DNA of 64,000 nt, taken from the NCBI RefSeq assembly GCF_001194135.2, contig NC_068989.1, positions 48,047,052 to 48,111,051 of the forward strand, written 5' to 3'. The position numbers were made by a program, and so were the translations under genes. Under the pieces are notes generated by a model. It was not told the origin of the DNA, made no database searches, and saw nothing but the letters and a program-made list of their open reading frames with translations. The DNA is from Octopus bimaculoides. Lineage: Eukaryota. Position 1 is the first letter of the stretch, and each line of letters begins with the position of its first letter. Of this stretch, positions 26,690-40,129 are shown piece by piece.

Positions 26690-27234
26690 AAATTACTAAG
26701 CTTGTTTCCGTATGTTGTTGCATATATATATATATATATATATACGGTTTAGATATAGATTCAAGGCTTGAATATGGTACTTATGCGAAGGCACCCGAAT
26801 TTCACATCCCAAAAGGATGGGTGATTAAAATCAAATAATAAGCAACACGGATTTCAAAAGTGATTGCAGTACGCACGTTTCATGCTACTTCAATTTATTT
26901 AAGTAATGTGAGCATTACCTTAAATGCAATATGAAGAGCAATCTTTAGCTGCACGAAAAAATGTAGAAAAAAGACATATNNNNNNNNNNNNNNNNNNNNN
27001 NNNNNNNNNNNNNNNNNNNNNNNNNNNNNNNNNNNNNNNNNNNNNNNNNNNNNNNNNNNNNNNNNNNNNNNNNNNNNNNNNNNNNNNNNNNNNNNNNNNN
27101 NNNNNNNNNNNNNNNNNNNNNNNNNNNNNNNNNNNNNNNNNNNNNNTATAGATATATATATATATATATATATATGGACCAGCAGCAGAGATCACTCCCC
27201 GTACCATAACACTGCCTCCTCCATATTTCACTGT

Positions 27235-27540
27235 CTTCTTCACACATGCATAAAATAACATTTTGCCACTTCTTCGTCGGATGTACATCCCGCCATCGGA
27301 ACCAATCACTTCGATTCATCATTAAAATGAACCTGCGATCACTGTTCTTCTGTCTAAACTGGCTCTTTGAATCTTCTTGGAGATCAGAGGTTTCTTTGCC
27401 GGTGCCCGAGCAAGCAACCAGAACTTCGTAACCTCCGAGAAACTGTTTTGCGTGAAACGTTGACATCGGAACTCGTAGGATATCTCAGCAGCACTCTTAA
27501 CCCTATTCTTCAGTGACAATCTAACCATAATACGATCCTG
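27235..27540 (-). mobile_element. Tc1-like transposase fragment
   Basis: The minus strand reads RIMVRLSLKNRVKSAAEI..LLARAPAKKPLISKK, KKWQNVIL and CVKKTVKYGGGSVMVRGVISAAG. It is truncated by a microsatellite and gap. Confidence 0.88.
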
Positions 27541-28199
27541 TATTGAAGTTTTATACACACATATATATGTATGTATGTATGTACGACACAAAAGAAAAAG
27601 ACCTGAAAATCCAAGCAAAATACATTATAAGCACTCTGTAGGGATCTAAATTGACCAGTAAAAACCACTGTGGCCCATGTCCGCCGTAAATTTATTTTCC
27701 CTTGCTTGTCCAGTTTGCTGATTCGAAATCTAACCACCGAATAAATATTGTATATGACCACAGAGTATTGTAGAAAAGTACAAAATAATGAAAAAATATG
27801 CATTATTTAATCAGCTTACGCACGTTTTGGATAGACTTGTAAATACTTTAATCGAATATATATATAAGCAAACAAAATACAGAGTCCGTCTTTAAAAAGA
27901 TATCCTTTGAGTCTGAAAATAAACTCAAACTACCATTCAAAGAAGAGGACAGAAAGAGTTGTTTGTTTGTCTGGAGAGTTATAATAATGAACTCAATAAA
28001 TTCGAAAAAAATTAACTTCAGTGTTATAATTAACATAATAAAATAGGGCCATTTTCGAAGGAAAGAGCTCATTAACAGCAGAATCTTAGTAAGTAAGTAA
28101 CGTGAACAATTTCAAAGGATGTTCATCTCTCGCAGTACTTATACCAATAAATAAACTAGTTTTACTTAGGGAAGTGACAACCATTGATTACGTCGACGT

Positions 28200-28430
28200 A
28201 TAATAGGAAGATGTAATAACAGCCCTTGATGAAATTAGCTTGAGCTTCACAACTAACCCTAATAGTTTTCCAGTGAGTTTCTTAAAGACTGCCAAGAAAC
28301 TCTAGCAAGACCGCTGCAGATATGTTTCTATAGCTTCCTTGCAAGTTGGAAGCTTCTCAAAATCTCTAACTAGAATGCAAAATGTTCGAACTATAAAGGC
28401 GTTATCAGAACATTAACCTTAGTTTCTCTA
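28200..28430 (+). pseudogene. CR1/L2-like LINE reverse transcriptase fragment
   Basis: EDVITALDEISLSFTTNPNSFPVSFLK/CQETLARPLQICFYSFL..NYKGVIRTLTLVS resembles the GPDG.P...LK.C...LA.PL...F...NYRPISLTS region. Confidence 0.65.
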
Positions 28431-29294
28431 GTTAATGACCCACAAAGATTTGAAGACTTGCTGAAGCACTGAGCGACAAAGATGAACATTTGTTTGAAAC
28501 TGAACATTTGTTTGAAACTAATTGCATGCTGCCTTTTCGATGAGATTTCTGATGCAATGCTAGATTGTATATGAACGTGTGTCGCGAACTAATAATAGCT
28601 TGAAGTGTTTAGCACTATGCATTTAGCAAAATTGTTGTTAATACTCAACCTACGTGTAGTCGGGTAAAAAGTAATTAAACACGAGAAAGGTGCAAATGAA
28701 ATATTTATCGAGCAACTGGTGGTGCTGATTGCTTTTAATGGCACACCAAGAAAAATTCATTACGATGCAATGAACAACCAATTAAAGAAAATTGTAACTA
28801 GATACCTTGCTGCTAAAGATCGACTAATTATCTGCAATCTGTAGGACATAACTAACGAAATTGTAACAGATAGTTATTTGATATTTAAAATTTGTTCTGT
28901 ATTTAAAATTGATCTACATCATTCTATGAAATCATTTCAATACGCAATCGTCCAATGACCGTTCGTACAATGTGTGTGTGTGTGTTTTAAGTATCAATGT
29001 ACGTATTTATGAGTATATGTGAAGGAGTGTAAGTATATATATGGGTGCAGTTTTCTACGAGACATTATATTATGTACAGGATTGTGTTCTTGGTCTAGCA
29101 AGGCTTTTTTCCATATTTTCCATTGAGTTCCCTTTAATTTCTTCCTTTCTCAGGAGCAGTAAACCTTTTAAATCCACTATCAATAGCATTGGTATAAGCA
29201 TTATCTGAATTTCACATTTGACCGTTAGATCTACATACATCACTAGTTACCTGTATATTTTTGCTCGTGACTTGTGTTACGTCTTTATTATTTT

Positions 29295-29400
29295 ACTTGT
29301 TTCAGTCATTAGATCTCGGCCATGCTGGAGCACCGCCTTAAAGAGCTTTTAGTGGAAAGAATCGGCCCCAATACTTTTTTAATCGTGGTACTTATTGCAT
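29295..29400 (-). mobile_element. SINE family B-related 3' end
   Basis: cggccatgctggagcaccgcctt is the reverse complement of the family B tail. Confidence 0.75.
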
Positions 29401-29463
29401 GGGTGGTGTAGCAGTGGTGGTGGTGGTGGGAACAGATACACATACACACATGTATAAATATAT

Positions 29464-30206
29464 ATACGTGGTCTGATCAATAAGTAAATCGGGCTGTTGT
29501 CATAGTAACGAAGCTAAAGCATGCAGAGTGAAGCCGCTTAAACTCTGCCTCAACTCTGCTGTACATGCGCACTAAGTTTTAACGTTCCAGCTCACTTCCG
29601 ATGTTTACAGCAGTGCTTGGAAGGAATGTGTGTAGCGTGTGATCGCCGCATTGACCATGACAGAGAAAGCTGAGCAGAGCATCTGCATGAAATTTTGCCA
29701 AAAGCTCGGCGATACCTGCTCAGAAGCCTACGCAAGGTTGCCGAAAGTATATGGAGAGGAGTGTATGAGCTGCACGCAAGTGTACGAGTGGTTCAGGCGT
29801 TTCCAAGATGGCCGAAAAAATGTCGATAGTGACAAACGTTCTGGGAAACCCGCAACCAGCAAAACTGAGAAAAACATCGCAGATGTGTGTGCAGTTGTGA
29901 GGGGAAATCGTTGAATCACCATCCGTGTTGTTATTAGAGGATGTGAAAAATAGTTACGGTTCAGTTCAGTCCATTATCACTAAAGATTTAGGCATGAGAC
30001 GCGTATCTGCCTAGTTTGTGCTAAAACTGCTTTCAGCTGATCAAAATAACACTCGGGTTTCAACTGATTATGTCGAGAACGATGAAAACTTTCTGAAAAT
30101 GGTCATAACGGGTGATGAATCGTGGGTCTATGGTTATGACCCTGAAACAAAGGCTCAGCCTTCGCAGTGGAAAACTCCAGCCTCTCCGAGACCGAAGAAA
30201 GCATGA
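29464..30206 (+). mobile_element. mariner (irritans-like) 5' two-thirds, pseudogene
   Basis: TA+CGTGGTCTGATCAATAAGT end. ATG at 29657 gives MTEKAEQSICMKFCQKLG...RSGKP...ITGDESWVYGYDPETKAQPSQWKTPASPRPKKA, then the element is truncated. Confidence 0.92.
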
Positions 30207-31922
30207 ATGACATACCATGCAATCAGAAACAATGAGAATGCATTTAGGTATAACGGAGAATACCTTTAAGTTTTAATATAGTTTACACACCCATTCGTTT
30301 ACATTCAGAATATAATAACACCATTCGAAATGTACCTGGTTCCTGAAAGCGATAAGAGAAAGAAATCCCACAATAAAGTGAAGTATTATTGCGAAGGCAA
30401 AAGAATATAGTGGCTCTGGGATCTACTATCGTATATGTGCAAGGTTAAAAACTATTTTTTGTCTCTAAATAGCTGCGTTTTTAAAAGGAAAGAAGAAATC
30501 TTTTCTTCATGCCTCCATGCAAAGAATTATAAGCTGTTAATTTTCAGCCATGTTATCATACAAGCATATTTTGAAATGCAGACTGGTAGAACCCACAATG
30601 TACAAACGACTCAAGTAGTAGCATGAGATTCAACTGGTAAAGTTGACTCCCACTAAAATGCCAAGTACAGTTGTGCCTTCTTTGTGCAATATATGACACA
30701 AGCGGTACTTAGGAAATACAACCCACAAACAAAATAATAATTTGATAACAATTTAAGTAAAAGAAAAACTTTGTCTTTAAGAAAAATGTTCTTTTTCAGT
30801 TACGTATTATCGCCCGTTCTGTGTAACTAATTTGCTCTCTGCTAACCAATGAAATGGTGAGGCCCAGAAGCCATCTTGAATATGTGCACGCCTTTTTTTT
30901 TTTTTCTTTTAATGCCAAACTAACATGATTATCTGGTTGATCAAGTAACCATAATACTTGAGGAGGTGGCAAACTGTATCAGCCAAGTAAATATAGTTAT
31001 ACTCTACACAATGTTCTGAGTACTTCTACACTAGCTCGTTTTAAGCAGTGTGTGATTGTGTGTGTGTAGGCTTGTATGTATGTGTTAGTATATGTATTTG
31101 TATGTACGAATGTACTTATTCATGTGTATTGATGTGTATATATACTTATTTATGTATATATGTATATATATATATATATATTATATATATATANNNNNNN
31201 NNNNNNNNNNNNNNNNNNNNNNNNNNNNNNNNNNNNNNNNNNNNNNNNNNNNNNNNNNNNNNNNNNNNNNNNNNNNNNNNNNNNNNNNNNNNNNNNNNNN
31301 NNNNNNNNNNNNNNNNNNNNNNNNNNNNNNNNNNNNNNNNNNNNNNNNNNNNNNNNNNNNNNNNNNNNNNNNNNNNNNNNNNNNNNNNNNNNNNNNNNNN
31401 NNNNNNNNNNNNNNNNNNNNNNNNNNNNNNNNNNNNNNNNNNNNNNNNNNNNNNNNNNNNNNNNNNNNNNNNNNNNNNNNNNNNNNNNNNNNNNNNNNNN
31501 NNNNNNNNNNNNNNNNNNNNNNNNNNNNNNNNNNNNNNNNNNNNNNNNNNNNNNNNNNNNNNNNNNNNNNNNNNNNNNNNNNNNNNNNNNNNNNNNNNNN
31601 NNNNNNNNNNNNNNNNNNNNNNNNNNNNNNNNNNNNNNNNNNNNNNNNNNNNNNNNNNNNNNNNNNNNNNNNNNNNNNNNNNNNNNNNNNNNNNNNNNNN
31701 NNNNNNNNNNNNNNNNNNNNNNNNNNNNNNNNNNNNNNNNNNNNNNNNNNNNNNNNNNNNNNNNNNNNNNNNNNNNNNNNNNNNNNNNNNNNNNNNNNNN
31801 NNNNNNNNNNNNNNNNNNNNNNNNNNNNNNNNNNNNNNNNNNNNNNNNNNNNNNNNNNNNNNNNNNNNNNNNNNNNNNNNNNNNNNNNNNNNNNNNNNNN
31901 NNNNNNNNNNNNNNNNNNNNNN

Positions 31923-31974
<52 letters not shown>

Positions 31975-33117
31975 CATACACACATACACATACACACACA
32001 TGCACATACACACAGACATACCCACATACATATACTTGTGTGCGTGTATATATATATATACACACATACATACATACATACATACATACATACATACATA
32101 CATACATACAAATACTCACCCGTAATTATATGTATGAATATATGAACATATGATTATATATACATACAGACACACATACGCACATATACATACATATATA
32201 CGTATATATGTATGTACATATATATGTGTGTGTGTATGTGTGTATGCATGTATATATTTATGTGTAAGTATATATATATGTGTGTGTGTATATATATATA
32301 TATTATGACGCACATATTTATGTTGATAAATATATATGTATATATGTGGTGTGTGCGTGCGTGTGTCTGTGTCTGTGTGTGTGTGTGTGTATGCGTATGT
32401 ATACGTGAGTATATATGCGTGAATATGTATGTATGTGTGTGTGTGTGTGTGTGTCTGAGTGTTTATAATTGCTGTCTGTTGCCTGCAAGTGTAGTTAAGT
32501 GTGTAGATATTCTCTATCTCCCTGTCTGTGTTTATGCCTGGCAGTGACTATATCCCTGTCTAATGACTAGCAAAGTCTGAGTCGTTAGTACACGTAAAAT
32601 AGATTTAAAGCCAAGAATAAATAAGTTTTCTCTATAAATTACAACTGTATACGTCAAGAGGAAGTTGAAAAAACCGTCATGTGATTCGTTGAACATTCCT
32701 AGTGGGTATATTGATAATGTCGGTAGCCAGTGAGCGTAAGACAGTGTGTATAACAATAGTAAACACACAATAATTGTAAGTGTACAGACATACCCATATA
32801 TATATATATACACACATGTGTATATATATATATATATATATATACACACTCATGCATATATTCATTTATATATGGATACATATAAACTTATATATATATG
32901 TGTGTGTGTATGTATTCGTATACTTATATATATATGTGTGCGTGTGTCAGTATGTCTATGTGTCTGTGTGTCTGTGTCTGTGTGAGCATGTGTGCATATA
33001 TATATATATATATATGCACATAAACATATGTACATATGCATATGTGTATGTATACATACATATATATATATATATATATATGCACATAAACATATGTACA
33101 TATGCATATGTGTATGT

Positions 33118-33166
<49 letters not shown>

Positions 33167-33239
33167 TATATGTATATGTATATGTTTACACAGACACACG
33201 CACATATAGATTGATGGATGGATAGATAGACAGACAGAC

Positions 33240-33303
<64 letters not shown>

Positions 33304-33794
33304 TGATATAAAGACACTACGGGATGGAAAATAACTGAAGTAGTAGAGTAAAGTAACAAGTTGGACAGGAAAAAATATAGAGACCAATAAGAATGTGGAC
33401 TGAAAAACGATACGTGGAAGACGATACGTGGAAAAGAAAGGAAATCGATAATTATATGAAAAAAAAATAGGGAAGTAGATTTTTGTTCAAATATAATCAA
33501 AATTAGAATTAAGGATAACAGTAACAATTGGAAAGTGTCCCTCTTTTAAGCTCAAGTAATTTCTTTATCTATTTTTTGATTATATCTGTATATATAATGT
33601 ATAGATATCAGCTTATTGATCTACCTACATACTTATCTATCTATTTATCTATCAAATTATCTTTCTTTTAATCTCTATCATGTATAGTTATCTCAGTCAT
33701 TCTCTTCTCCCTCTCTCTGTGTTCCTTTCTCTCTTATTACTTGTCCCTCACACCATTCTTTCAACCTCCTCTTTTCTCTGTTATTCTCTTTCTT

Positions 33795-33825
<31 letters not shown>

Positions 33826-34129
33826 GTTTTTCCCTCTCTTCCTTTTTTTCTTCCTTCCCTCATATATACATACATTCTTTTGATGCAAATTGTTAGAGTA
33901 TTTCTTTTCTTTCATGCTACACACATAAAAATAAACACGCTGTCATATCTATATAAACATTTATACATCAACACGTTCATGCGTACAAACTGTTATTTAT
34001 TGCAAAGTATTATATATTTTTGGTATGTTATACACTAAAATTCTCACTCACGTGCACATATGGTCGCACAAAAACCCACACTAATTCTTACTTTGCTAAT
34101 TCTTGCACAGTTTGCATGGGTTTTCAAAA

Positions 34130-34505
34130 GTTCAATATTGACAGAACTTGATCTTCCAGGGAAGTCTGTGGAAAAAGTCTCCCGGACAACTCTGGCCAAA
34201 CTTTTACTGCCAAGTCCGGACACTTAAAACATCATCCCCATAGACAGGTCGAATATTCCTTGCTGCCTCCATTGCCGAAAACTCATTTTGATTTGCTACA
34301 GCATGCAGTGTCTGATATGGGTCTGATCTAGACTCACTTTAAAAGGACAGAATCGATAGCAATTTAACCAGCGCCGTATAAAGTATTCTGAAAAGAAAAA
34401 AAGACGTTAGAATGTAAATAGCAATGCTTATTTTACAGTAAATATTGAAAAATTCCCATCAAACTGATCATATCAAAAACTGTGACATGATTTTCCAACC
34501 TAATA
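34130..34505 (-). mobile_element. mariner 5' fragment
   Basis: The minus strand has a TATTAGGTTGG TIR start at 34505 and reads SAMEAARNIRPVYGDDVLSVRTWQ*KF..GDF (HTH region). Confidence 0.75.
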
Positions 34506-34514
34506 CACAGATAG

Positions 34515-34760
34515 GTGCGAGAGTCACCTGAAAAATTCATAGGCTGACGAAGATACTCTTTTGGAATGTGACCAAATGAGGTTTATTTTTAAACATAATC
34601 CTCCTCGCGGACCACATACTTCTTCCATTGGTGTTTCAGTACTTAAATCCCACTGGTGTAGAAGCTTTCATCCTGTTGCTCAAAAACATCATTAACAGCA
34701 GATATGACATCACCATCACACCGATACTGGTTCCCAGCCAACTGGCTCCCAGTCTTTTCC
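34515..34760 (-). mobile_element. mariner 3' fragment with TIR
   Basis: The minus strand reads YRCDGDVISAVNDVFEQQDESFYTSGI*VLKHQWKKYVVREEDYV, followed by a TIR-like end (plus strand gcgagagtcacctgaaaaattcatagg). Confidence 0.8.
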
Positions 34761-35199
34761 CGACTGGTTCCCCGTTTTTTCATATCCATATTTTTTCATA
34801 GTATATACATTCAACGATATATATATATATATATTTATATAATGAAGACAAAAGCTAAATTCTTGTTAGATACTAATATAAACATATACGCTTCATTACT
34901 GATTTACACACACGCACGCACACACACAAACACACACACACACACACACTCAGGCATACAGACGCAAATATACCTACATACATACACATGTGTTCTTGTG
35001 CATGTGCGTGTGTGCGTTTGTCTTTGTGTGTGCATACACATCGCGGAACCATACACTCATAGATATAAAGATAGATATACAAACACATACATAAACTCAT
35101 ACAAGAGATCAAATATATACGAGGACGCGTTGCTCTTGAGCTATCTTTTATAATACAATGTGTATAATTGTAAGGAGTGGTTTCAGATGTATATCTCCC

Positions 35200-35201
35200 G
35201 T

Positions 35202-35258
<57 letters not shown>

Positions 35259-35376
35259 ATGGTGGTGGTGATGGTGGTGGTCGTGGTTGTGGTCGTGGTG
35301 GTCGTCGTCCTGGTTGTCGTGGTTGTCTCGGTTGTCGTGGTGGTCCCCGTGGTCGTTGCGGTGGCGGCGACTGCAG

Positions 35377-35433
<57 letters not shown>
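35200..35433. repeat. (GTA)n - degenerate (GGT/GTC)n - (GTA)n compound trinucleotide repeat
   Basis: Visible directly; triplet phase is kept through the GC-rich centre. Confidence 0.9.
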
Positions 35434-35435
<2 letters not shown>

Positions 35436-35871
35436 TTTCTAGTGTAACTATTATTAACAATAAATGGGAACGTAGTTGTAATACTGGGTGGCGAATTAGA
35501 AGAAGCTTTAAAAAAATATTGACGAGTCTTTAATTACAACTGAAGTGTCATGTGATGCTGTAGCAATCATGATTTCCTAATTGTATTAACGCAGTAAATG
35601 GATGTAATTGTCAAAGTTCGTTGTTGTTATCGTTTGATCGCAGGTCGTCCGTGACAGAGAAAACTTATGATAAAAATATACTCCAGTCGTGACCAATCCG
35701 TCTTTTGATTTCTAGCTACAATTGTCTGTCAGAAAATATAATGCAAAATGTCATTTCATTTTTTCAGACTCTATGTGTAATTTTATGAAATTTGTCTGCT
35801 ATTTCACGAAGGTCGAGTGACCACAAATGGCTACCTCGAAATTCAGTTTTAAGTTTCGTTTTAATATTACT

Positions 35872-36085
35872 GGTAAACTGGCAGAAGTGTTAGCATGCTT
35901 GGCAAAATGCTTGCTGGCATTTCGTCCGTCCTTACGCTCTGAGTTCAAATTTCGCTACGGTTCACTTTGCCTTTTATCCTTTCGGGTTCGATAAAATAAA
36001 TACCAGCTGAGCACTGGGGTCCATGTAATGGACTTAACTCCTCTACGGAACCTGCTGGCCTTGAGCCAAACTTTGAAACCAATAT
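35872..36085 (+). mobile_element. SINE-like family C
   Basis: ctggcagaa..ttagc..aaatgctt..gagttcaaat..ctttgcctt..tcctttcggg.tcgataaaat..taccag is shared with many copies in the window. Confidence 0.85.
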
Positions 36086-36199
36086 TACTTAATGAGGAAA
36101 GTGAAGTGAAATTATTCCATCCGGGAAGTGAAGGCGGTTCCCCATTATTTCTCTCTTACTCTGCCAACATTTTTTCTTTGAAACAATAAACTATGGAAC

Positions 36200-36400
36200 T
36201 TCTATGTGCTCTCTCGATTTGCTAGAGATAGCACACAAAACTCTCTCATGTCGCACCAAACTGCACTTAATAATCAGGAAGTATACAGTGGATGATCTAG
36301 TACTAGATACACTGTTTGAAAAAATAGAGGATGGTCATGTTTGGGATGTCTCTGATCATATATTTCCTTGATCAGTGCTGATCTTGCGGTAAACAACAAC
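36200..36400 (+). mobile_element. SINE family D-type 3' region ending in (AAC)n
   Basis: gctagagatagc..gatggtcatg..tgatcata..taaacaacaac is shared with 39115-39325 (+), 39925-40085 (-) and 61990-62065 (-). Linking these tails to the family D heads is an inference. Confidence 0.65.
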
Positions 36401-36497
36401 GGCAACAAAAGCATACTTCAATCAGCGACAAAAGCCATATATACATATATTTCCAGCAGGCAGATATACTTAGTATGTCCTTTGATTAATTTTAATC

Positions 36498-36564
<67 letters not shown>

Positions 36565-37435
36565 TGTATGTATATATGTATATTTTAGGTATATATGCAT
36601 GTATGTACGTATGTATGCATATATATATATACATATATATGTTTATGCGGTTGTGTATGTGAGCAAGTGCCGAGTGGTTAAGCAAATCACTTCCCAATCA
36701 TGAGGTCTAGGGTTCGAGTTGAGTTGTAATCCGAAAGCCCAACTTTGTTCCTTATCGTTTCCTATAACAGAATTACGTTATGGGCACACTTGACCTATGG
36801 AATACTCAGAAAACTTATACATTAATTTGACGAGTAGCTAATTCAGCTGTTCGAGCATTGCCGAAACCGATGTAAGATCAATAATATCGCAAAATCTTTT
36901 ACCGGAGAGTAGTGACGATAATGCTATCAATAAACACTAAACTTTGATAGTTCAATACATCCGGAGTCAGCTTCGATGCCCCACCCCCCACTTCGAAATC
37001 ACTAAAATAAATTATTTTAACTTTTATCTTAAAGCCAAAGCGATCCACGCTATGATAATTAATACAAATCGATGGTTTGTTATCCTGTTATGAAAAGCGA
37101 CCTTACAGAATAGAGAAGTCATTACACCATATCTCAGATGATTTCCTGAAGAAGAGGTTCAATCGCCGAAATATTGAAATACAAGAGAAAATACAAATCA
37201 TCGACTGGTGTTGTTTCTTATAATTTGCATTGTTTTCGCATGAAAAATAATTAAAACGTTTACCTAAATCGGACAATACTTCATGTAAGCTATACTATTC
37301 CACTAAAATAAGTATATTTTATACAACAGTGAGCAATAATTAGCAATGCTATAGAGCACCGGATAATCCGTTACCAAGAGAAACATGGCTCATACTAGTA
37401 GTGGTGGCCTAATCTATCTTGGTGTAAATAGGTAC

Positions 37436-37436
<1 letters not shown>

Positions 37437-37506
<70 letters not shown>

Positions 37507-38404
37507 GAAGAGGAGGAGGNNNNNNNNNNNNNNNNNNNNNNNNNNNNNNNNNNNNNNNNNNNNNNNNNNNNNNNNNNNNNNNNNNNNNNNNNNNNNNNNN
37601 NNNNNNNNNNNNNNNNNNNNNNNNNNNNNNNNNNNNNNNNNNNNNNNNNNNNNNNNNNNNNNNNNNNNNNNNNNNNNNNNNNNNNNNNNNNNNNNNNNNN
37701 NNNNNNNNNNNNNNNNNNNNNNNNNNNNNNNNNNNNNNNNNNNNNNNNNNNNNNNNNNNNNNNNNNNNNNNNNNNNNNNNNNNNNNNNNNNNNNNNNNNN
37801 NNNNNNNNNNNNNNNNNNNNNNNNNNNNNNNNNNNNNNNNNNNNNNNNNNNNNNNNNNNNNNNNNNNNNNNNNNNNNNNNNNNNNNNNNNNNNNNNNNNN
37901 NNNNNNNNNNNNNNNNNNNNNNNNNNNNNNNNNNNNNNNNNNNNNNNNNNNNNNNNNNNNNNNNNNNNNNNNNNNNNNNNNNNNNNNNNNNNNNNNNNNN
38001 NNNNNNNNNNNNNNNNNNNNNNNNNNNNNNNNNNNNNNNNNNNNNNNNNNNNNNNNNNNNNNNNNNNNNNNNNNNNNNNNNNNNNNNNNNNNNNNNNNNN
38101 NNNNNNNNNNNNNNNNNNNNNNNNNNNNNNNNNNNNNNNNNNNNNNNNNNNNNNNNNNNNNNNNNNNNNNNNNNNNNNNNNNNNNNNNNNNNNNNNNNNN
38201 NNNGGAAGAAGAAGAAGAAGAAGAAGGGGAGGAGGAGGAAGAAGAAGAAGAAGGGGAGGAGGAAGAAGAAGAAGAAGAAGAAGGGGAGGAGGAGGAAGAA
38301 GAAGAAGAAGGGGAGGAGGAAGAAGAAGAGGAGGAGGAAGAAGAAGAAGGGGAGGAGGAAGAAGAAGAAGAAGAAGAGGAGGAGGAGGAGGAAGAGGAGG
38401 AGGA
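37437..38404. repeat. (AGT)n followed by a gapped homopurine (GAA/GGA)n tract
   Basis: Visible directly, with higher-order units such as gaagaagaagaaggggaggaggag. Confidence 0.95.
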
Positions 38405-38729
38405 TTAACTTCAGGTCAGCCTCATTCGAGCAAACCTATGGATTCCAGCTGACAGTGTTATAACTAGGACTGTATTATATAATGTATTTTTCTAAAGCCA
38501 TTACGGTGGTATTTAAGGATTATTTGACTTTTATTTCTAGCAGGTCAAACCACCACATAGAAGACATTTAAAGTGATTAACTTGTTGGAAGCTGTAGCAA
38601 TGCAATAAATTTGAGAAACGATTCATTCGTTTGCTTATTTAAGTTTCTGTTTTTATATTGTGTACATCCGTGGGTTCCATTTGCCAAACAAGGGAACTTG
38701 AACAGAGAATGGAGATGAATTTGCAAGAA

Positions 38730-39125
38730 ATCATCATCATCATCTTGTCTAACTTGCTCGGATATATTTTTTACCCGCACAAGCCATCCATCTCGGTCCT
38801 GCATCAGGTGAAGGAAGTTTTCAGAGAAACATCTAGTATCCCTGGTGATTTGATCTACCTACTTTGTATTCGGACTACATGCTCGAATATGGCCATGCTT
38901 TGGTATCCAAAGAAGTAGGACACTCGCCAGCTCTTGTTTAGCTCGCCGGCAATGTGCTGCAAAGCGCAAGTATCTTCCCTTTATAATGGTGAAAACAGTA
39001 AATCTGCATACAGTTGTTTCGTTGTGGGATGAGTTCTCCAAGGTATGTTCAAGACTGCTTTTAGCATTGGGGTGTAAGGTCCATCTAGCTTGGATTCCAG
39101 TTTTTGTTAGGCGTGAAAGCTGTTG
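38730..39125 (-). pseudogene. RTE-clade LINE 3' end with (GAT)n tail
   Basis: The minus strand reads KLDGPYTPMLKAVLNIPWRTHPT, IKGRYLRFAAHCRRAKQELASVLLLWIP and DQITRDTRC..LMQDRDGWLVRV, ending in an atcatcatc tract. Confidence 0.85.
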
Positions 39126-39325
39126 CTTTATATGAAAGAAATAGCAGCTAAATATTTCTCATATCATTGCTTACCATTTTCAAACACGAATGCCACAGTG
39201 GATATAATGTAGATCTAGAGGTACACCACACTCTCTTGTAAGAGAGTGTAGAGATGTTACTGGTTAGAATGCTGTTTATCATAGATTTACTTAGACCAGA
39301 GTGACTCGGGGATAAACAACAACAT
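39115..39325 (+). mobile_element. SINE family D-type 3' region
   Basis: gaaatagcagctaaat..ataatgtag..ggttagaatgc..ggggataaacaacaac; homologous to 36200-36400. Confidence 0.6.
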
Positions 39326-39924
39326 CCTTAGTAACCGTACAATGTTAAGTTGTTATCCTCGAACAAGCAACTCAAATAATTATCGACTGAATAATTATAC
39401 AGCAATAATGTGAGGACATTTAGCAAATGTTGTTGAAAAAAAGGCATGAAGGTCACACAATCTCCTTTCTTAACTAGGTATAAAACATAGACCTCGTATT
39501 TATGTAGGAAACCATTATCTCACGATAAATAAAGATATCAAATACACAAAACTAAATAATAGATTTGGTTATAATTATGTTTTTTCTTTACTTCTAAATT
39601 ATCAGATTTGTTTATATCGATTTTAGTTTCAGACGTGGTGGAAAGAATGAAGAAATGTTTGATCGATCGATATTAGAAGCAAGATAGCACGGAAGTAAGC
39701 AAATATCTTTGCTTTAAAGTAAATAGACTTCAGATGTTTAAGATTGGCAACGTAAACTTTCTAAGTGACTCTGTTTCTCATATAATAAATGCGAGCTTAC
39801 GGTTTGGCTGGAAGAAATTGCTAATCAAGAAGTTTAAATAATGATTTCATCTCGCTAGATTCTGTACGACTCATCACCAATATATGTAGACCTTCACCAT
39901 TTCTTCATCTTTAGTTGCCATTGC

Positions 39925-40085
39925 TGTTGTTGTTCAACATCATGTCAGCCCTAATAGAGCTGACTTACAATTAAAGATATTGCAGCTATCACTATATTAT
40001 CTCCATTACCCAATGTCATCGTTTTTAAGACGGTAGTGTAAAATGTGAGGGATATTTTGGCAGCTGTTTCTCGCAAGCCAGACAA
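39925..40085 (-). mobile_element. SINE family D-type 3' region
   Basis: gttgttgtt..gtcagccctaatagag..tttaagacggtag..tttggcagctgtttct is the reverse complement of the same family. Confidence 0.6.
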
Positions 40086-40129
40086 AGAATAGATAAAAAA
40101 ATATCCACATATCTTGGCCAATTCTCCCT

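Noticed and set aside
36826-36875. Hammerhead-like TTGACGA..GAAAC
   Set aside because: The core is mutated, the stem II register is ambiguous and stem I is absent.
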